A program made the position numbers and the translations under genes. Below the pieces are notes generated by a model. That model saw only the letters and a list, made by a program, of their open reading frames with translations, made no database searches and was not told the DNA's origin. From IMG/VR virus record IMGVR_UViG_3300037780_000215, positions 1 through 59,528 of that record: 59,528 nucleotides of DNA. One strand, written 5' to 3'. This document shows positions 45,928 through 54,915 of the stretch, piece by piece (the stretch's first letter is position 1; each line of letters begins with the position of its first letter). The stretch comes from a virus. Taxonomy: Duplodnaviria; Caudoviricetes.

Positions 45928-45955
45928 CTCGCAAGCCACTTTTCCACGCAACTAG

Positions 45956-45980
45956 CGGCGCTCTTCGGGGCGCCGTTTTT
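45956..45980 (+). terminator. Intrinsic terminator of the cI-lipoprotein operon
   Basis: CGGCGCTC-TTCG-GGGCGCCG-TTTTT. Confidence 0.8.
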
Positions 45981-46009
45981 GTTTGCGCCAAGCCAGCGTC
46001 GGCCGTGAA

Positions 46010-46061
46010 CTATTCCAATGGAATATTTTTCGCTTGCCCCAATTATATTCGTATGGAATAG
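46010..46061. promoter_or_regulatory. OL-like operators over the early promoter
   Basis: CTATTCcaatgGAATAT at 46010-46026; ATATTCgtatgGAATAG at 46045-46061; same consensus as OR. Confidence 0.8.
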
Positions 46062-46088
46062 TCTCCCTAACAACCGGGAGACTTACCC

Positions 46089-46478
46089 ATGCCGCAGAAC
46101 AACCAGATCAGCGCCCCGACCGGCAGCTACATCCCGCGCAACGGCCGCGCGATCGAGCTGTGGTTCTCCTGCCTGACAAACGCCGAGCGCCACCCTCGCG
46201 ATGAGGACGGGTTCACCTACGGCCACACGGCCTGGAATGTCCCGCCGGCAATCGCCGCGGCGTTCGAGGATTGCGGGCTGGTCGAGGGTCGCAAGCGCGC
46301 GACTTTCCACGCCCGCGAATACCGGATCACGGACGCGGGTCGCGAGGCTCTGGCGGAGTATCAGCAATCCCTGATGATGGCACCGCGCGAGGCTGACAAC
46401 TTCCTCCGCTACCGCGCTCTGCAGCGCCTGTCGCCTGACACATCTGGGGCGGGGATCAAGCAAGGAGAAGCGGCATGA
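46089..46478 (+). CDS. Hypothetical early protein
   Basis: GGGAG RBS; first gene after the operators. Confidence 0.65.
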   Translation: MPQNNQISAPTGSYIPRNGRAIELWFSCLTNAERHPRDEDGFTYGHTAWNVPPAIAAAFEDCGLVEGRKRATFHAREYRITDAGREALAEYQQSLMMAPREADNFLRYRALQRLSPDTSGAGIKQGEAA

Positions 46479-46834
46479 ACGCGCAAGAAATCTTCGACAC
46501 CGTTGCCCAGCATTTGATTGCGCAGGGCAAGGCAGCAATAGATGAGCGCGGAGACTGCCGGTACCGCGCACCGGACGGTGGCAAGTGCGCGGTCGGCTGC
46601 CTCATCCAAGAAGGGGAATACCTCCCGGATATGGAGGGGCTAGCCGTCTTTGAGCTGGCCAAGAGACAGATGCTCCCCCCGCGCTTAGCGGTCCACGAGC
46701 GCCTTCTGGCCCTCCTTCAAGACGCACACGATGAACGGCTCACTTACAGCGAGACCCAGTGGCGGGCGTCGATGCGGGGTATCGCAAGCGAAAACGGCCT
46801 CGACCCGAGCGTTCTGGACTCCACCAATGCGTGA
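46475..46834 (+). CDS. Hypothetical phage protein
   Basis: QEIFD.V..HL..QG, C.YR, KCAVGCLI and LQ.AHD motifs seen in phage proteins. Confidence 0.7.
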   Translation: MNAQEIFDTVAQHLIAQGKAAIDERGDCRYRAPDGGKCAVGCLIQEGEYLPDMEGLAVFELAKRQMLPPRLAVHERLLALLQDAHDERLTYSETQWRASMRGIASENGLDPSVLDSTNA

Positions 46835-46912
46835 CCTCCTCTCCGATCTTCTCAAGCTGGCAGCACTCTGTGTGCTCACGGCTCCGGCAATTATTCTGAT
46901 GTGGGGGATGTG

Positions 46913-47419
46913 ATGGGTGGCTCTCCTTCGGATCGCTCCTCGGATGCGCCTGCGGGGCGGGGTGTTTACGTCGCCAGTCGCGCGAGTATCCCTGCCCGCG
47001 GCCAGATGTGGCGCGACCTGCGCGATAGCGGTGTCCGTATAACCTCGTCTTGGATTGATGAAGACGGCGAGGGGCAGACCGAAGATTTCGGCGACCTGTG
47101 GCAGCGCATCGAGAACGAAATCCGCCGCTCATCCGCACTGGTGCTCTACGTCGAGCCCAGCGACTTTCCGCTGAAAGGCGCGCTTGTTGAGGTCGGTATG
47201 GCGCTTGCCATCGGCCTACCCATCAACGTGGTCGCCCCCGGCGTCTTCCTGGAGCGCTCCATGCGCCCGATTGGGTCATGGGCGGCGCATCCCTCTGTCT
47301 GCTTTTTCGAAGATGTCCGTGCGGCGGCCGAGTTCACTACAGCGGCCCGCACGGCGGAGCCGGAGGACACGCAGCACGTCTGCGACGTGCCATCCCAACA
47401 GGAGAAATCCAATGACTAG
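46913..47419 (+). CDS. Nucleoside 2-deoxyribosyltransferase-like protein
   Basis: VYVAS, SSWID, I..S.ALV, GALVEVGMALA.G.PI.VV. Confidence 0.65.
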   Translation: MGGSPSDRSSDAPAGRGVYVASRASIPARGQMWRDLRDSGVRITSSWIDEDGEGQTEDFGDLWQRIENEIRRSSALVLYVEPSDFPLKGALVEVGMALAIGLPINVVAPGVFLERSMRPIGSWAAHPSVCFFEDVRAAAEFTTAARTAEPEDTQHVCDVPSQQEKSND

Positions 47420-47630
47420 CATCGACGACCTGACGGAAACCGAACGCCAGGCGCTCCGCGGAGAGCTTTCCGAAGACGAATACAACGTCGTTGGCATGGA
47501 TCTATTCAAGAAGGGCTTGTGCGCGATCAGATCCGCGCCGGTCGCCCTGGACCAGCCCACCCCCTACACGCTGACAGAGGAAGGCATCCGCCTGGCACGC
47601 CAGCTTCGCGAGGAGCAATCCAATGACTGA
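47412..47630 (+). CDS. Hypothetical protein (winged-helix-like)
   Basis: AGGAG RBS; L.KKGL....YTLTEEG. Confidence 0.6.
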   Translation: MTSIDDLTETERQALRGELSEDEYNVVGMDLFKKGLCAIRSAPVALDQPTPYTLTEEGIRLARQLREEQSND

Positions 47631-47949
47631 GACACGTTTCACACCGGGGCCTTGGATCGCGCTCATTGATCAACAGCGCAAGCCACACTGCTTCAAAATC
47701 GTGTCCTTTGCGGAAAACCCTTCCGTAGTGGTCTCGCTCCCCGCAGATCACAAGAACAAGGCTGACATTCCGCTGATCTCCGCAAGCCTGGAAGGGTACG
47801 AGCTGGCTGAGGCGGTGGCGGAATTCTTCACTGACCTTCGCAACGGCAAGCCCGTCTCTACCGACCAGATGAATGAAATCTGGATGCAGGCGGAAGCCTA
47901 TCTGTGCAAGGCCCGTGGCCATCAGCACGGGGAGTCCAGCCATGTCTAA
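47623..47949 (+). CDS. Hypothetical phage protein
   Basis: FTPGPW N-terminus; ADIPLISAS. Confidence 0.65.
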   Translation: MTETRFTPGPWIALIDQQRKPHCFKIVSFAENPSVVVSLPADHKNKADIPLISASLEGYELAEAVAEFFTDLRNGKPVSTDQMNEIWMQAEAYLCKARGHQHGESSHV

Positions 47950-48175
47950 GCGAGACGGTGGACCGGCTTTTCCGGGCGTAGCGCTTCCCGAGCCCCCGAA
48001 CCATCCAGTCGGCATGTCCAAGCGGGAATACTTCGCCGGTCAGATCATGGCGGGGCTGGTGTCTGATCCGGGCCTGCAGCTGTTCGACGAAACCCAGAAG
48101 GCTGGCACCGCAACGCACGCCGTGTCTCTCGCAGACGCCCTCCTCGAAGCCCTCGCACAGGGAGAGCAATCATGA
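47942..48175 (+). CDS. Hypothetical phage protein
   Basis: DGGPAFP...GMSKREYFAGQ...ADALL motif. Confidence 0.75.
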   Translation: MSKRDGGPAFPGVALPEPPNHPVGMSKREYFAGQIMAGLVSDPGLQLFDETQKAGTATHAVSLADALLEALAQGEQS

Positions 48176-48402
48176 CGCGCTATACCGAATTCACCCTTCG
48201 CTTTGCCGATGGCGATCCTGCATTCCCGATTGGTCGCGGTGGCACCATCGAGGCGAACCTGAGCCGCGGGACCGTCACGATCAATTCCGTGGATGACCCG
48301 CGGGGCCAGGTCACCATCGAGGACGAGGATTTCGAGTCCTTCCTCGACTGCCTTCTGGAAATCAAGGCCAAGCGCGAAGAGGCCGGGAAGGCTGCGGCAT
48401 GA
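48172..48402 (+). CDS. Hypothetical protein
   Basis: Coupled ORF with RBS. Confidence 0.6.
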   Translation: MTRYTEFTLRFADGDPAFPIGRGGTIEANLSRGTVTINSVDDPRGQVTIEDEDFESFLDCLLEIKAKREEAGKAAA

Positions 48403-48815
48403 GCGAGACCCGCACCATCTACTGCTGCGGCTGCGAGGCCGACGTACCGGCCCGGCTGACGGACGGGCGGGAAATCTACTCGCATCGTCCAGACCTGTAC
48501 GCGCTTCCGTTCTGGAAGTGCGACGCATGCGGAAACTTCGTCGGATGCCATCACAAGACGACGGAGCGCACGAAGCCGTTGGGTGTGATCCCGACCCCGG
48601 CGATCAAGGAAGCCCGGAAGCATATCCACGCCATTCTGGACCCGATCTGGAAGAAGAAGCGAATGCGCCGGGGCGACCTGTACCGGGCCGTCGCTGCCCG
48701 CCTCGGGATCGAGGAATACCACACGGCTGAAATCCGGACCCTTGACGAGGCTCGGGCCGCCTATCGCGCAGTGCAGGCCGTAGAGAGCGCCCTTCAAGAG
48801 CGGAGGGCGAGCTGA
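48399..48815 (+). CDS. Zinc-finger protein (DUF3268-like)
   Basis: CCGC...C..C..FVGCH, PLG, R...H...DPIW. Confidence 0.75.
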   Translation: MSETRTIYCCGCEADVPARLTDGREIYSHRPDLYALPFWKCDACGNFVGCHHKTTERTKPLGVIPTPAIKEARKHIHAILDPIWKKKRMRRGDLYRAVAARLGIEEYHTAEIRTLDEARAAYRAVQAVESALQERRAS

Positions 48816-49024
48816 TGGCCGACACCGTAGACCGCTTCTCCGCAAAGACGATGGTCGAGCTGAAAGCGAAGGCTCGAAAGGTCATGGGATGGGCTGATAG
48901 CCGGACCTGGACGCCTCTGGAACGCGCCATTTTCAAGCGCGCCTTCGACGTCAAGGTCGATTTTCGGCTCAACCTCATTGTTGCGCAGCGGCGCACCACC
49001 GAAAGGAGCCAGTCCAATGGCTGA
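48815..49024 (+). CDS. Hypothetical protein
   Basis: TGATG coupling; GGAGG RBS. Confidence 0.5.
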   Translation: MADTVDRFSAKTMVELKAKARKVMGWADSRTWTPLERAIFKRAFDVKVDFRLNLIVAQRRTTERSQSNG

Positions 49025-49310
49025 GGAACCGAATATTCTGGAGGCTGTGTTGGCTTGGCATAAAGCGCACGATCTCCCGCCCGCTAACCGCGTCGATGGC
49101 CTGCAATCCTTTCCCGTGGGCCGGTTCAAGGTCGACATCAACGGTCACGGTGAAGAGCACGACGGGCTGCCCGGATTCCACGTCCGTGTGATGCTGGAAT
49201 GTGGCGTTGTCATCGGGGTGGCGAACCCGTTAGTGAGCGCTCCGATCTTCGGCGAGTGTCGTGAGTTCTGCGAGTTCGTCGACGCCGCCACGAAAGGCGG
49301 TGAAGCATGA
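49017..49310 (+). CDS. Hypothetical protein
   Basis: AAGGAG RBS; coupled. Confidence 0.6.
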   Translation: MAEEPNILEAVLAWHKAHDLPPANRVDGLQSFPVGRFKVDINGHGEEHDGLPGFHVRVMLECGVVIGVANPLVSAPIFGECREFCEFVDAATKGGEA

Positions 49311-49522
49311 GCGGCATGCAATACACGCCGGCAGAAGAGCACCTGATCCGCCGCCGGTTTAATGCCGGCGCGAGCGATGCAGACATTGCGCATGCCCTGT
49401 CGGCCCTTGGCCGGAGCTGCGGAGCCGAAGCCGTCCGGAAAAAGCGCCGTGATTTGGGCCTGAAAAAGGTCCCCTCATATCGGCGTTGGACTTGGGTGCC
49501 AGAGGGGCAGGTGTTCGCATGA
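49307..49522 (+). CDS. Small HTH (Myb/GcrA-like) protein
   Basis: YTPAEEHLI.....G.SDADIA..L.....AV..KR..LGL. Confidence 0.6.
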   Translation: MSGMQYTPAEEHLIRRRFNAGASDADIAHALSALGRSCGAEAVRKKRRDLGLKKVPSYRRWTWVPEGQVFA

Positions 49523-49773
49523 CCCACCCCAACCGAGAGCCTGTCCGCCCCTGTTGCACGGGTCGGGAAGATGAGCCGGCCGTTCTGGCGAGCGCTCCGT
49601 CCGACTTCGATTGCCCCCAATGCGGCCTCCCGACACCGACCCTGAATGAAGGGTACTGCGAGAACTGCCGTGAGGATAACCAGCGCCGCCTCGACGGGCA
49701 CAACGCTCAAACCGACTGGTGGCAATCCCTGTCCCCGGCCGAGAGGGCCGCAGCGATACGGAGGGCTGAGTGA
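49519..49773 (+). CDS. Small Cys-rich protein
   Basis: CPQC...YCENC. Confidence 0.55.
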   Translation: MTHPNREPVRPCCTGREDEPAVLASAPSDFDCPQCGLPTPTLNEGYCENCREDNQRRLDGHNAQTDWWQSLSPAERAAAIRRAE

Positions 49774-50276
49774 TGGCGGTTTATTCCACCTGCATTGGCT
49801 GTGCTGTTGATCATTCCGGTTGCCAGCGCCGGTCTGAGGTCCGCGACCAAATAGCTGGTCTAGGAGTGACGGAACTGAAATTCCGCTGCCCGGCTCGCAC
49901 GCCCCATTTCCAAGTCGGAGAGCGCGTCATCTGGTCCCCGATCATTTGGGATGAGGATGAGGCGGACTACGAGGCGGAATTCAACGCCACGATACTTCGA
50001 GAGTTCAAACGTGGCCGCTATCTGATCAAAGCCGATGCCGGCCTAGACCGGACGGAGGAGGTCGAAGCGCCCGGCTGCCTTCGGAGCGGCAGCCTCTACG
50101 CGACAGCGCCGATCCACAAGCTCCGCAAGAACCCTGACGACATCGCTCCGCGCCCGGTCTGCCCGATCTGCCAAGGCACCGATGACGTCGCGGAGCAGTG
50201 CCACAAGAGGGGATACGCACCGCTGAAGGGCTGCCTCCGCGACACCACCCCTCAATCCAATGGAGAGACAGGATGA
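49770..50276 (+). CDS. Hypothetical Cys-containing protein
   Basis: Coupled ORF; CIGC and CPIC. Confidence 0.6.
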   Translation: MMAVYSTCIGCAVDHSGCQRRSEVRDQIAGLGVTELKFRCPARTPHFQVGERVIWSPIIWDEDEADYEAEFNATILREFKRGRYLIKADAGLDRTEEVEAPGCLRSGSLYATAPIHKLRKNPDDIAPRPVCPICQGTDDVAEQCHKRGYAPLKGCLRDTTPQSNGETG

Positions 50277-50506
50277 GCACTCAAGTCTACGTCGTTCGCC
50301 ACCAAGGCATTCTGGTCGGGGTCTACGACAGCGAGGCCAAGGCCGAGCGGGTCGTCTCATATCGCGGAGGCATGTTCGGCGAGCCGAAGGCCACCGTCCG
50401 CAAGTCCACCCTCGATGCGCTGAACCTGAAGGCCGCAGATCGCGAGCTACGCAAGCGGCAGTGGCAGGCCCGTCAGCGCGAAATGGCGCCGGCCCAAGCC
50501 GCCTAG
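50273..50506 (+). CDS. Hypothetical protein
   Basis: VYVV.....LVGVYDSE.KA; ATGA coupling. Confidence 0.6.
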   Translation: MSTQVYVVRHQGILVGVYDSEAKAERVVSYRGGMFGEPKATVRKSTLDALNLKAADRELRKRQWQARQREMAPAQAA

Positions 50507-50529
50507 CCCCACCGACAAGGAGGAAGCCC

Positions 50530-50871
50530 ATGTCTTACCTTGAGCACGTCGTGAAGGCCCTCAGCGCCATCAAGATGACGTCGGACACGCGTGACGGTGC
50601 TCTTGAGCAGCTTTCCGCCGCGCAAACCGCCTTCGTGACGAACGGTTCTGGTGCCCGCGTCCAACTGGAGGGCGCCGCTCGCGAGCTGGACCGGCTCATC
50701 GAGTGGGCCAAGAGATCCAAGGCCCAGGTCGACGAAGCCCTGAAAAATGTCCCGCCGGTCACGCGCGGACACCTGACGGCCCTCGACGGCGGCAGGCCTG
50801 CACGGCGGATCGCCAACACGCTGCCCGGCGCGCTGGATCACACGCCGACCGACGGACCGGGGGCCGCCTGA
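50530..50871 (+). CDS. Hypothetical protein
   Basis: AAGGAGG RBS. Confidence 0.65.
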   Translation: MSYLEHVVKALSAIKMTSDTRDGALEQLSAAQTAFVTNGSGARVQLEGAARELDRLIEWAKRSKAQVDEALKNVPPVTRGHLTALDGGRPARRIANTLPGALDHTPTDGPGAA

Positions 50872-51035
50872 CATGGCCCTCTCGCAGAAGAACCGCATCC
50901 GCCTCCGCGCCGCATGGGCGCAATGGGGCGCCGCCGGAATTGCCGGGCTCGCCGCCGCGGCATCCATCCTCACCCTCGTCCTGATCCTCGGACAGGCGAG
51001 CAACTGAACCCATCCCAGCAACGAAAGGAAACGCT

Positions 51036-51401
51036 ATGGGACTTGCAGAACTTCTTGCCGCCGCCGAGCAGGATGACCGTGAAGACGGGCCGAAGATTGC
51101 CCCGTCGGTCGCGGCCAGCCGGCTCAAGGATCATCTGGCCGACCTGATGGTCAGGCACGAATTCAAGGTCGGCGATCTGGTCGAGTGGAAGCCCGGCCTG
51201 GTCAACAAGAATGGTGACGGACCGTTCATCGTGTCGCGTGTCCTCGACGAGCCGGTCATGAACGAGGGATCGGGCGCCGGAACTCCGTACTTCCGGGAGC
51301 CCTTGGACATCGTGCTGATGGAAATCAACTCCGGCGGGAACGCCTACGAATTCCACTACGACAGCCGCCGGTTCCGTCCCTACACGGGCGATGTCGGCTA
51401 G
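51036..51401 (+). CDS. Hypothetical protein
   Basis: AAAGGA RBS; FKVGDLVEWKPGL.N...DSRRF motif. Confidence 0.7.
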   Translation: MGLAELLAAAEQDDREDGPKIAPSVAASRLKDHLADLMVRHEFKVGDLVEWKPGLVNKNGDGPFIVSRVLDEPVMNEGSGAGTPYFREPLDIVLMEINSGGNAYEFHYDSRRFRPYTGDVG

Positions 51402-51465
51402 TCGGCCCCCCCTTCCTCCCCACTCCGGAGCGCGAATGCTCCAGGCCTTTTTGGAGACCAAGACA

Positions 51466-52491
51466 ATGGCTGAAGCCGTACAGATTGCCGAAGACACCGC
51501 CACCGACATCGTCGCCCTGGTCGAACAGGATCCATCCCCGTTCCTTGTCGACAAGGACGCACGCCGCGCCTTCATGGACCAGGTTCGCGACATCGCCCTG
51601 ACCGCCGGCGATGACGTGACGACCGCGAAGTCCCGCGCCGCCATCGTCGCGATGGCCGCCAAGGTCACGAAGTGCAAGACCACCATCGACAACGCCGGCA
51701 AGGCGATGACCGAGGAATGGCGGAAGAAAACCGCCGAGGTCAACGAAGCCCGCCGCGAAGTCCGGGACGATTTCACCCAGCTCGCCGCCGATGTGCGCCG
51801 CCCCGTGACGGAATGGGAAGAAGCCGAGAAGGCGCGGCAGGAGCGGGCCGACTCTACCCTGCGCGAACTCCAGGCCTTGATCCAGAGCCCGGCCCCGATG
51901 GGGGCCTCGGTGGAAACGGTCGAGGAGCGGCTTGCCGAGGTGAAGCAGATCGAGATCGACGCGACGACCTTCGGCGACGATGCCGGCTTCGCTGAAAAGC
52001 TGAGGGCCGAAGCCATCGAGGCGGTTTCCGGCGCGCTGGAATCCCTCAAGAAAGCCGAGGCCGAGCGCGCCGAGCTGGAAGCCTTGCGCCGCGAGAAGGA
52101 AGAACGCGAGGCCCGGGAACAGGCCGAGCGTGAGGCCGCTGAGGTGAAGGCTCGCGAAGAGGCCGAGGCCAAGGCCCGCGCCGAGCGCGAAGCCGAGGAG
52201 GCCAAGCGCCGAGAGGCCGAAGCCCAGCGCCGGGCCGAAGGGGCCGCCGAGCGCGCACGCCAGGAAGAGCGCGAGCGCATCGAGGCTGAACGCCGCGCCG
52301 AGGAGGAGGCGCGCGCCAAAGCCGCAGCCGAAGCGGAGCGCAAGGCCCAGAACAAGCGCCACCGCGCCCGCATCCTCGCCGAAGTCGCCGAGGCCCTGGA
52401 AACCCAGTTCAGCCTCAGTGGCGGGCAATCCCAGCTGATCGCCGACGCCATCGCCAGCGGTCACATCCCCCACACGTCCGTCCAGTTCTAG
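51466..52491 (+). CDS. Coiled-coil phage protein (E/A/R-rich)
   Basis: DVTTAKSRAAI...A.KV, VRRPVTEWE, C-terminal IA.G.IPH...F; typically upstream of recombination genes. Confidence 0.75.
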   Translation: MAEAVQIAEDTATDIVALVEQDPSPFLVDKDARRAFMDQVRDIALTAGDDVTTAKSRAAIVAMAAKVTKCKTTIDNAGKAMTEEWRKKTAEVNEARREVRDDFTQLAADVRRPVTEWEEAEKARQERADSTLRELQALIQSPAPMGASVETVEERLAEVKQIEIDATTFGDDAGFAEKLRAEAIEAVSGALESLKKAEAERAELEALRREKEEREAREQAEREAAEVKAREEAEAKARAEREAEEAKRREAEAQRRAEGAAERARQEERERIEAERRAEEEARAKAAAEAERKAQNKRHRARILAEVAEALETQFSLSGGQSQLIADAIASGHIPHTSVQF

Positions 52492-52500
52492 GAGGCCCTA

Positions 52501-53412
52501 ATGGTTGCCGAAACCGAAACCGTCGAAACCGTGGAAGCTGAAACCGTCGAGGATGACGCGCCGGCTTCTACATCGACCAGCATCGCGACGCGCCAGGAGC
52601 GCCGTTCTGTCGCCCAGCCGTCGCAAGACACATCCCTGCTCGGGATCATTGAGCGGGTTGCCTGCAATCCAGACGCCGACATGGAGCGCATGCAGGCGCT
52701 TCTGAACATGCGGGCCGAGGAAGAGGAGCGCCAGCGCCGGATCGCGCGGGAGGATCGGGAGGACGCCGCGCGCCGCGCCTGGCTCAGTGCGTTCGCGGAG
52801 GTGCAGGCGGAAATCGGGCCGATCTTCCGCAGCCGGAAGAACGAACACACCCGGTCGACCTATGCCACGCTTGAAGACATCGAGCGCGTCGTCACGCCCA
52901 TCCTGTCAAAGCACGGGTTCTCGACGACCTCGATCCCGGTAGCCTGCGAAGTCGCGGGGTGCATTCGCATGCGCCTGACGATCGGACACGCAGAAGGCCA
53001 TGAGCGGCACTACGAGGACGACTTCCCCCTCGACGGAGCCGGCGCCCAGGGCAAGGTCAACAAGACCGACATCCAGGCGAAGGGCAGTACGCAGACCTAC
53101 GCGCGCCGCTATCTCAAGGCCAGCGCGCTCGACCTGTCGTTCACCGACGACCGGGACGGAAATCGCCCGCAGCAGCGTTCCGAAGACGCCGAGCCCATCA
53201 GCGAAGACCGGGTGAAGCATATCCGGGCCGAGCTTGAGCAGCTGGGCGCCGACGAGGCTGCCTTCTGCGAATACCTGAAGGTCCCGAACCTCATGGAGAT
53301 GCCGGCTGGCAAGTTCGGCGATGCCTGCGCGGCGCTCGATAAAAAGCGCCGCATCGCCGCCAAAGAGGCCGAGGCCAAGGATGAGCCGAAGTTTCCGGGA
53401 GACGAGCAATGA
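52501..53412 (+). CDS. erf: ERF-family single-strand annealing protein
   Basis: YATLEDI, PILSKHGF, Q..GSTQTYARRY, DDRDG. Confidence 0.9.
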   Translation: MVAETETVETVEAETVEDDAPASTSTSIATRQERRSVAQPSQDTSLLGIIERVACNPDADMERMQALLNMRAEEEERQRRIAREDREDAARRAWLSAFAEVQAEIGPIFRSRKNEHTRSTYATLEDIERVVTPILSKHGFSTTSIPVACEVAGCIRMRLTIGHAEGHERHYEDDFPLDGAGAQGKVNKTDIQAKGSTQTYARRYLKASALDLSFTDDRDGNRPQQRSEDAEPISEDRVKHIRAELEQLGADEAAFCEYLKVPNLMEMPAGKFGDACAALDKKRRIAAKEAEAKDEPKFPGDEQ

Positions 53413-54029
53413 TCGCTCAGGGCTCACCGGAATGGTTCGCACAGAGACTCGGCCGCGTGACCGGCTCCAAGATCCACTGTCTCATCGCTGGCGGATCCGG
53501 CGCGGGCCGGAAAGCCTACCTCGCCCAGCTCGTCCTGGAACGGCTGACGGGGCAGGTGGGCGATGGCTTCAAATCCGCCGCCATGGAGCGCGGGATCGAG
53601 ATGGAACCGGACGCCGTGCGTGCCTACCAGTTCTATCATGAGGCCGCGGTCGAGGAGGTCGGGTTCATCGGGCACCCCGCCATCGAGATGGCCGGCGCAA
53701 GCCCTGACCGGCTCGTCGGAGATCGCGGCGTGTTGGAGGTCAAATGCCCCCTGCCGCCGGCCCACCTGGACACGCTCAACGGCGGCGGCATCAAGGCTGA
53801 ATATCGCTCCCAGATGCAATGGGAAATGGCCTGCACCGGTCGCGAGTGGTGCGACTTTGTGTCGTTCAATCCCGACTTCCCGGAGGCGATGCGTCTCCAC
53901 GTGACGCGGATCGAGCGCGACGACGCGATGATCGCGAAGATGGAAGAGGCCACCCGCCGCTTCCTGGCCGACGTGGATCTCGAAGTCGCGAAGCTCCGCC
54001 ATCGCTACGGCGAGGCAGCAGCGGCATGA
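53409..54029 (+). CDS. YqaJ/lambda-type exonuclease
   Basis: QGSPEWF..RLG.VTGS, GASPD.LV, LEVKCP, QMQW.M. Confidence 0.92.
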   Translation: MIAQGSPEWFAQRLGRVTGSKIHCLIAGGSGAGRKAYLAQLVLERLTGQVGDGFKSAAMERGIEMEPDAVRAYQFYHEAAVEEVGFIGHPAIEMAGASPDRLVGDRGVLEVKCPLPPAHLDTLNGGGIKAEYRSQMQWEMACTGREWCDFVSFNPDFPEAMRLHVTRIERDDAMIAKMEEATRRFLADVDLEVAKLRHRYGEAAAA

Positions 54030-54460
54030 GCAAGGATCGCCACACCATTCGGCTGCGCAATGCCGAGGCCATCGAGAAGGCCATCGACGGGGTCCGCTGG
54101 GTCCAGCGCCAGAACCAGTTCGACAAGGGCTGGATGCTGATCCTGACGCGGAAGCGGACGGACCGGCAGAACGCGCGGATGTGGGCGATCCTGAACACCA
54201 TCGTCAAGGCGCGCCCGAAGCATCACGGCCGGGCCATGGACGAGGACGATTGGAAAATCCTCTTCGTCCATGCGCTGCGCAAGGAGGCCCGGTTCATCCC
54301 GGACCTGGAAGGCGAAGGCGTGATCCCGGTCGCCTATTCATCGAGCGACCTGACCGTTTCCGACTTCAACGACCTCTTCGAAATCATTGAGGCTTGGTGT
54401 GCGCGAGAAGGCATCGACATCAGCCACCATGCCGAACCTGCGGAAAGGAGCACATCATGA
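54026..54460 (+). CDS. ninB: NinB/Orf-family recombination mediator
   Basis: KRTDRQNARMWA, DDWK.LF, IP.LEG, SS.L....F..L.E.I.A. Confidence 0.85.
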   Translation: MSKDRHTIRLRNAEAIEKAIDGVRWVQRQNQFDKGWMLILTRKRTDRQNARMWAILNTIVKARPKHHGRAMDEDDWKILFVHALRKEARFIPDLEGEGVIPVAYSSSDLTVSDFNDLFEIIEAWCAREGIDISHHAEPAERSTS

Positions 54461-54915
54461 CCCCCAGTCCCCGCACCCCCAACGCGATCGACATCCACGT
54501 CGGCGCTCGCATCCGTCTCCGCCGGTCCCAGCTGACCATGAGCCAGTCCGATCTGGCGAATGAACTCGGCGTCACCTTCCAGCAGGTCCAGAAGTACGAG
54601 CGCGGGACGAACCGCGTCGGGGCCTCCCGACTCTTCTCACTCGCGAAGACGCTGGGTGTCCCGGTCTCGTATTTCTACGACGGACTGGACGAAGACGGCT
54701 CGACCACGATGCCCGCCGCCGACAACGACACCCTCTACGATTTCATCGCCAGCCCGGACGGAATCGACCTGGCGCGGGCTTTCACCGCCATCGAGGACGT
54801 CAAGGTCCGCCGGCGGATGATCGACCTCTGCCGCGCGCTGGGCCCGGGCGAACTGTCTGATGCCGAAGCGGCGAAGCTCTATCGCCGGCAGCAGAAGATG
54901 GACGCCGCGGCATGA
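54457..54915 (+). CDS. XRE-family regulator of the host PraR/PhrR type
   Basis: PNAIDIHVGARIRLRR...GVTFQQVQKYERGTNRVGASRL...YFYDGL. Confidence 0.9.
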   Translation: MTPSPRTPNAIDIHVGARIRLRRSQLTMSQSDLANELGVTFQQVQKYERGTNRVGASRLFSLAKTLGVPVSYFYDGLDEDGSTTMPAADNDTLYDFIASPDGIDLARAFTAIEDVKVRRRMIDLCRALGPGELSDAEAAKLYRRQQKMDAAA

